Source: Candidatus Hydrogenedentota bacterium
GTDB lineage: Bacteria > Hydrogenedentota > Hydrogenedentia > Hydrogenedentales > SLHB01
Direction of reading: 5' to 3'
Length of the DNA: 64,000 nucleotides
NCBI GenBank assembly: GCA_963674865.2
Contig: CAXXYE010000002.1
Coordinates: 96,001 to 160,000 of the forward strand
Positions 59,762-64,000 of the stretch are shown in pieces. The first letter of the stretch is position 1. Every line of letters begins with the position of its first letter. Under the pieces are notes generated by a model. It made no database searches. It was not told the origin of the DNA and was given only the letters and a program-made list of their open reading frames with translations. The translations under genes and the position numbers were made by a program.

Positions 59762-61912
59762 TCAGCCGATTGTCACGATGCCCAGATAGCCGTCCACCTG
59801 GACGCGCGTGCCTGTGGCGACCATATCAAGTGCATCCTGCACCCCCGTGACGCATGGGATGCCGTATTCGCGTGCAATGATGGCTCCATGCACCAGCATG
59901 CCGCCGCGGCACTCGACGATTCCCCCGGCTAGAGGCATGACGAACGTCATGGTGGGGTCGACCGCGTCACAGACGAGTACCTCGCCAGACTGGAACGCGA
60001 AGAGGTCCTGCGATCCCCGGATGACCCGCGCGCTTCCAGCCCCGAGTCCGGGTCCCGCAGGCTGGCCGGTCAACTGCCTTGCCTGCAACTCGAAACCCGA
60101 TACAGTCTGCGCAATCGGCTTCACGGCATGCTGCTGCCCTCCCGTGGGCCGCATCGCGAGGTTTTCTTTAAGCTTGGCAGGCAGCTTCAGACCGCGGCAC
60201 TTCGCCTCGTCGCTGGCGATATCCACCTGGCGGGCAATTCGGCCGAGGTAAAGGTTGTCGTCGTCACGTAACCGATAGCTCGCACGACCCAGGTCGAGCA
60301 GTTCCTCGGCCTCCTTGCGTTTCTTGCCGCGGCACTTCGCGAGAAATGCCTTCTCCAGAATGCGCTTGTCCCGCCGTGGTCCACTCGTCTTTGCCGAGGG
60401 TTGCTTTGCCATCTGGACGAGAAGCGCCGAAATCGCTCTTCGCCCTTCGGAACTCACGACCGCTTCCCCGACGTCCGCTGCGAATGCCGATCCGAGAGCG
60501 TCGAGATCCGCCCAGAACGATTCCTGGCCCGCCGGGGCTTCGCTCCGCTCCAGTGCCGCGAGGAGCCGCTTGTCCGCGCGCACACGGGCTGCCAACCGCT
60601 GCAACACTTCGTTCCGCTTGACACTCAGCAATCCACTCCCGCTGAGCAGCTCGACGAACTCGTAGGGGTCATCCGGCTGCATTACGTCGTTGTAGAACTG
60701 CCCGAACAGCCGAACGCCATGGGCGAAGGGAATGCACTCATCCCAGTAGCGGCTCAGCCATGCCTGGTACCGGTGGTGTCGCCTGGCCACTTCCGCGAGC
60801 AATTCACTGTCCGCAAGACCGTGGAGCTTCTGCTGTTCGCATCGGTGCGCCTCTGCGTCCATTTTGGGTATTAGATCATTTTCGATGCGGTCACGAAGTT
60901 GGAGTAGGTTCTCGACGCTACGTCGCAGGCTGAGGTACCAGGCCCGCTTGTCCCCTTCACTCGCGTTCCCCGTAGTGATGGCTCTAGATTGAAGGACGTA
61001 GAGCCGTGATCGCCGAAATGTCCATTCTACGTCCTGGGGCTTGCGGAACCGTTCACCCAAACGCATCGCCTGCGTGTAGACACGCTGGACGTCCGCGTCA
61101 GACAACGGCGGTCGGCTGGCCCGGATCTTCGGCAGGGGCCGCACCGCCAAGCCGTCACGGGACAAGGCGACATACGCCTCCCGCTCTGCCGGGTGGAACT
61201 CCACCAAGTCCCCGCTGCGTCGGTCCAGGGTCCAGCGATCCGGCGCCACCGTGCCGTCTACAAGCCCCTGGTTCAGGCCGTGTACCGCCTCAACCGCCAC
61301 GCACTCTGATCTGACGGGATGTCGGCCGAAAACCACGCCCGATCGGCTGCCCGATACTAGCTCTTGAACTACGACCGCCATGGCGCTCTTCTCAATGTCC
61401 AACGCAAGCTCTTTTCGGTAGAGAAGTGCGGCGTCCGACCACAGTGAGGCCCAGACCAGACGAATATGCCGCAGCACGGCCTCGGCTTCGCGAACGTTCA
61501 GGTATGACTCGTGAAGTCCCGCGAAAGACTGACCGGACGCGTCCTCGCCCGGCGCGGACGATCGCACGGCAACGGGCCTTCCCTCAAAGCGTTTACGGAC
61601 CGTGCGGAGGAGCGATCGACGGACCTGGGAAGGCAACGGCGCTTTCAGGAAGGCGTTGCGAATGCGCAGCGAGGCGTCCCACATCTCCTCCCAGCGCATC
61701 TGGTCGACGGGCCGCCTCGACAACTCGCGGCGGATCTGATTCGCGACGCCAGACGCCTTAAGGTACAGGTGGTAGGCTTCGGTGGTTACGGCCAAGCCGC
61801 CCGGCACCACCGTCCCCGACTGAGAGAGCACGGCCAAAGATAGCGCCTTTCCGCCCACCAAGGGGGCATGCTCCGGACGGATCTTCTCAAACGGCATGAA
61901 CAGCACGATCAA
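59762..61912 (-). CDS. PEP-synthase/rifampin-phosphotransferase-like enzyme (ATP-grasp + C-terminal phospho-His swivel)
   Basis: GGKA, AVRSSA..ED..SFAG, DVEW..LQSRAIT, GGMLVHGAIIAREYGIPCV, VDG..G.V. Confidence 0.85.
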   Translation of the reverse strand: MIVLFMPFEKIRPEHAPLVGGKALSLAVLSQSGTVVPGGLAVTTEAYHLYLKASGVANQIRRELSRRPVDQMRWEEMWDASLRIRNAFLKAPLPSQVRRSLLRTVRKRFEGRPVAVRSSAPGEDASGQSFAGLHESYLNVREAEAVLRHIRLVWASLWSDAALLYRKELALDIEKSAMAVVVQELVSGSRSGVVFGRHPVRSECVAVEAVHGLNQGLVDGTVAPDRWTLDRRSGDLVEFHPAEREAYVALSRDGLAVRPLPKIRASRPPLSDADVQRVYTQAMRLGERFRKPQDVEWTFRRSRLYVLQSRAITTGNASEGDKRAWYLSLRRSVENLLQLRDRIENDLIPKMDAEAHRCEQQKLHGLADSELLAEVARRHHRYQAWLSRYWDECIPFAHGVRLFGQFYNDVMQPDDPYEFVELLSGSGLLSVKRNEVLQRLAARVRADKRLLAALERSEAPAGQESFWADLDALGSAFAADVGEAVVSSEGRRAISALLVQMAKQPSAKTSGPRRDKRILEKAFLAKCRGKKRKEAEELLDLGRASYRLRDDDNLYLGRIARQVDIASDEAKCRGLKLPAKLKENLAMRPTGGQQHAVKPIAQTVSGFELQARQLTGQPAGPGLGAGSARVIRGSQDLFAFQSGEVLVCDAVDPTMTFVMPLAGGIVECRGGMLVHGAIIAREYGIPCVTGVQDALDMVATGTRVQVDGYLGIVTIG

Positions 61913-62379
61913 GCCACCACCAGTTCAATCACTTCCTGGAACCGCCTGACCATCACGTACTTTTCGACCCGCACCCGTAGAAACGCGCAGTTAGGCGACA
62001 GGACAAACTCCTCGAGATGCGGATGTCTGGCGAGAAATCGCTTCAAGTTTGCACTACGTGGCGACTTCGAGACCTCCGTGGCCCGCCCAGAGGCAGTCAC
62101 GCCCACGGCCTCATAGAAGTCCGCCGCGGCCCGCATTCGGTCGTCGAACGTCATTGCAACGCGGTCATCCGCCACGATGTTGGTGAATTTGCGCGTCGTG
62201 CGGGCCGTCGCGAAGAAGAGGGACTTGAGGTTCGGCGATACGCTGAAGCCGACCAGGGTCCCATAGGGTTGTCCCTGGTTATGGGTTGCGAGAACGGCAA
62301 CCTGCTGGGACTCCAGAAGTCGGCGGACCGTGTCGAGAGGGTCAACTTGGCCAGCGCTTCGGGTAGCCTTCTTCGTCAT
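61909..62379 (-). CDS. Pyridoxamine 5'-phosphate oxidase-like flavin-binding protein
   Basis: AVLAT..QPY..LV.F, FAT.RTTRKF.NI..D.RV. Confidence 0.85.
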   Translation of the reverse strand: MTKKATRSAGQVDPLDTVRRLLESQQVAVLATHNQGQPYGTLVGFSVSPNLKSLFFATARTTRKFTNIVADDRVAMTFDDRMRAAADFYEAVGVTASGRATEVSKSPRSANLKRFLARHPHLEEFVLSPNCAFLRVRVEKYVMVRRFQEVIELVVA

Positions 62380-62779
62380 GGTCTCCTCTCCGGTGAAGGT
62401 CCTAGCGGTTCATCATACACCATGCGGGGAGAGGAATTGCAGCTGACAGCTGCAATGAATGCCCTCTAAGAGATTGTCTGAAAATGAGGTACGGTGTTAA
62501 CAGAACGGCGAGGTGGCGGGGTCTGAGGAGTGCAACGAGTGACACCGGCTGAGGATTGCCCCGCGAGTTGGTGTGTCCTTTGTCCGAAGGTAACATGATC
62601 TTGGGCTCTCTTTCGCTCTTGTTGCCGCTGTAGATTGCCTACGACGTTTACACGCGTTCCACGCTATCTACACCTGAGTTTTCCAGCTGAGATTGACCGA
62701 GAACGCCGCCAATAAGGCCCGCTGGCGTCGGGTAATGGGGTCCACCATTCCTTACGCATCGGTTCTACTCGAGGTCCAT

Positions 62780-64000
62780 CTATGCTGGGGGTGCGAACGC
62801 TTGAAGATTCTTGATACGTGGTCTGGCTTTCTCCTCCAGCACGCGAAGTCGCACTGCTGCGAGCTCAACAGGCTTGATGCGTTCAATGTGTTTGTTCCCG
62901 ATGCTCTGGCCTTCCGCAAGCTCTTGCCAGTTGTCGTGGGCGGTGCGGCCTTCTAGCACATACCTACGGACGCGCTCTCCGTGGGCAATGTCCTCCTGGA
63001 TGACGACCTGGTCGATCTCGCGCGGCGTCTCAAACTCAAGGGCAACGACATCGCCCTCGCCCTGTGTCCATCCCGCCGATTTGCTGAAGCGTTTGCGCAG
63101 CGTCTTGCCGAAATCTGCCATGCGTTCCATATCGGGTTGTGGAACTAGCCCCTGATTATTGACCACCAGGCCAATTACGAGGTTGCAGTTGCGGCCCACG
63201 GAGGCGTCGTAGATGTTAAGAAGCTCCTCTACTGAGTATTGCGTGTTGTCGAAGCCCGGCCGCCAGGACCAGTCGTGCGCGCCTTGCCCGCGCAGCACAA
63301 TGTCCACCATAGCGGGCGACCAGACTGAGCCTTCCGGATCACCGTGATAAAGGTATTCCTTCCATACGTCGCTGTTGGGTGAAACGGGCCCGCGTTCAAG
63401 ACCAGGCATGGCCGCAAAGCAGGGGCAACCAGCGTGCCCTGCCTCGTTCCCGATCCAGCGATGATCCGACCGATCTGCCGAATGGTAAAAGACGCTGTTG
63501 GGTTGGTGTTTCTCGAAAATCGGTAGTACGTCCGGCCCACTTTGCGCGGGCGTCTTGACCCCCGCATCGAACCAGATCTGCACCAAGTCACCATACCTTG
63601 AACATAGTTCTTCAACCTGCTTCTCGGCGATTGCGTTGTAGGCCGCCTGCTTCGCCGTGCCGCGGCCCTTGCCCCAGTCGACATAGTGCCCCCAAACCGT
63701 CTGGTACGCGTTGCGATGCGTCGAGAGGTAGATACCGGGCAAGATGCCGACCTTGTGGCATGACTCGACAAAGTCGGCCACGATGTCCCCCTTGCCGTCG
63801 CGCCACGCAGCGTACTTGAGGCTGTATGGGTACAGATCGCTTTGCCACTGCATGAATCCATTGAAATGAGTGGCAGTGAAGACAGCGTACTTCGCGTCGC
63901 CCGCCTTCGCCGCCGCCAACCACTGGTCCGTGTCCAGCTTCTTTGGGTTATAGCACTTGGGAGCGTACGTCTGGCGTGTATGGTTGTTCGGCGTGAAATC
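62780..64000 (-). CDS. GH29 alpha-L-fucosidase with C-terminal F5/8C domain, 5' end beyond the window
   Basis: NPKKLDTDQW, TATHFNGF, GKGDIVADFV, IWFDAG, RWIGNEAG, SVGRNCNL, IGNKHI; frame open to 64000. Confidence 0.88.
   Translation of the reverse strand, partial: DFTPNNHTRQTYAPKCYNPKKLDTDQWLAAAKAGDAKYAVFTATHFNGFMQWQSDLYPYSLKYAAWRDGKGDIVADFVESCHKVGILPGIYLSTHRNAYQTVWGHYVDWGKGRGTAKQAAYNAIAEKQVEELCSRYGDLVQIWFDAGVKTPAQSGPDVLPIFEKHQPNSVFYHSADRSDHRWIGNEAGHAGCPCFAAMPGLERGPVSPNSDVWKEYLYHGDPEGSVWSPAMVDIVLRGQGAHDWSWRPGFDNTQYSVEELLNIYDASVGRNCNLVIGLVVNNQGLVPQPDMERMADFGKTLRKRFSKSAGWTQGEGDVVALEFETPREIDQVVIQEDIAHGERVRRYVLEGRTAHDNWQELAEGQSIGNKHIERIKPVELAAVRLRVLEEKARPRIKNLQAFAPPA

Overview
GC-rich bacterial chromosomal window, apparently from a glycan-degrading environmental lineage. 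PVC/Hydrogenedentota-like is my impression only, not tested. Left part (1-39.8 kb): the end of a Wzm/Wzt surface-polysaccharide operon, several glycoside-hydrolase-like genes, an RRM protein, an IS30, a MITE nested in a REP-like palindrome, a two-gene unit (double-MshEN PilB/GspE-like ATPase with degenerate motifs plus an alpha-solenoid/beta-propeller/Ser-Thr kinase), an ECF sigma locus with twin divergent promoters, hicAB plus an unknown gene, a frameshifted secreted protein, and a PadR-regulated membrane gene cleanly interrupted by an IS200. At 39.8 kb a 50-bp tRNA-Pro 3' fragment with adjacent tandem repeats looks like the att end of an integrated island extending rightwards. That region holds a ~2700-aa lipoprotein with 26 PKD-like repeats and an inserted malectin domain, rubredoxin, a ferritin-like/Zn-ribbon protein and PAS-HD-GYP (bracketed by two inward-facing IS200 right-end remnants), IS fragments, a decaying redox/light-stress cluster, a PEP-utilising kinase-like enzyme and a partial GH29 fucosidase. 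No CRISPR array, rRNA or complete tRNA was seen. All family calls are motif recognition by eye; no searches were run.
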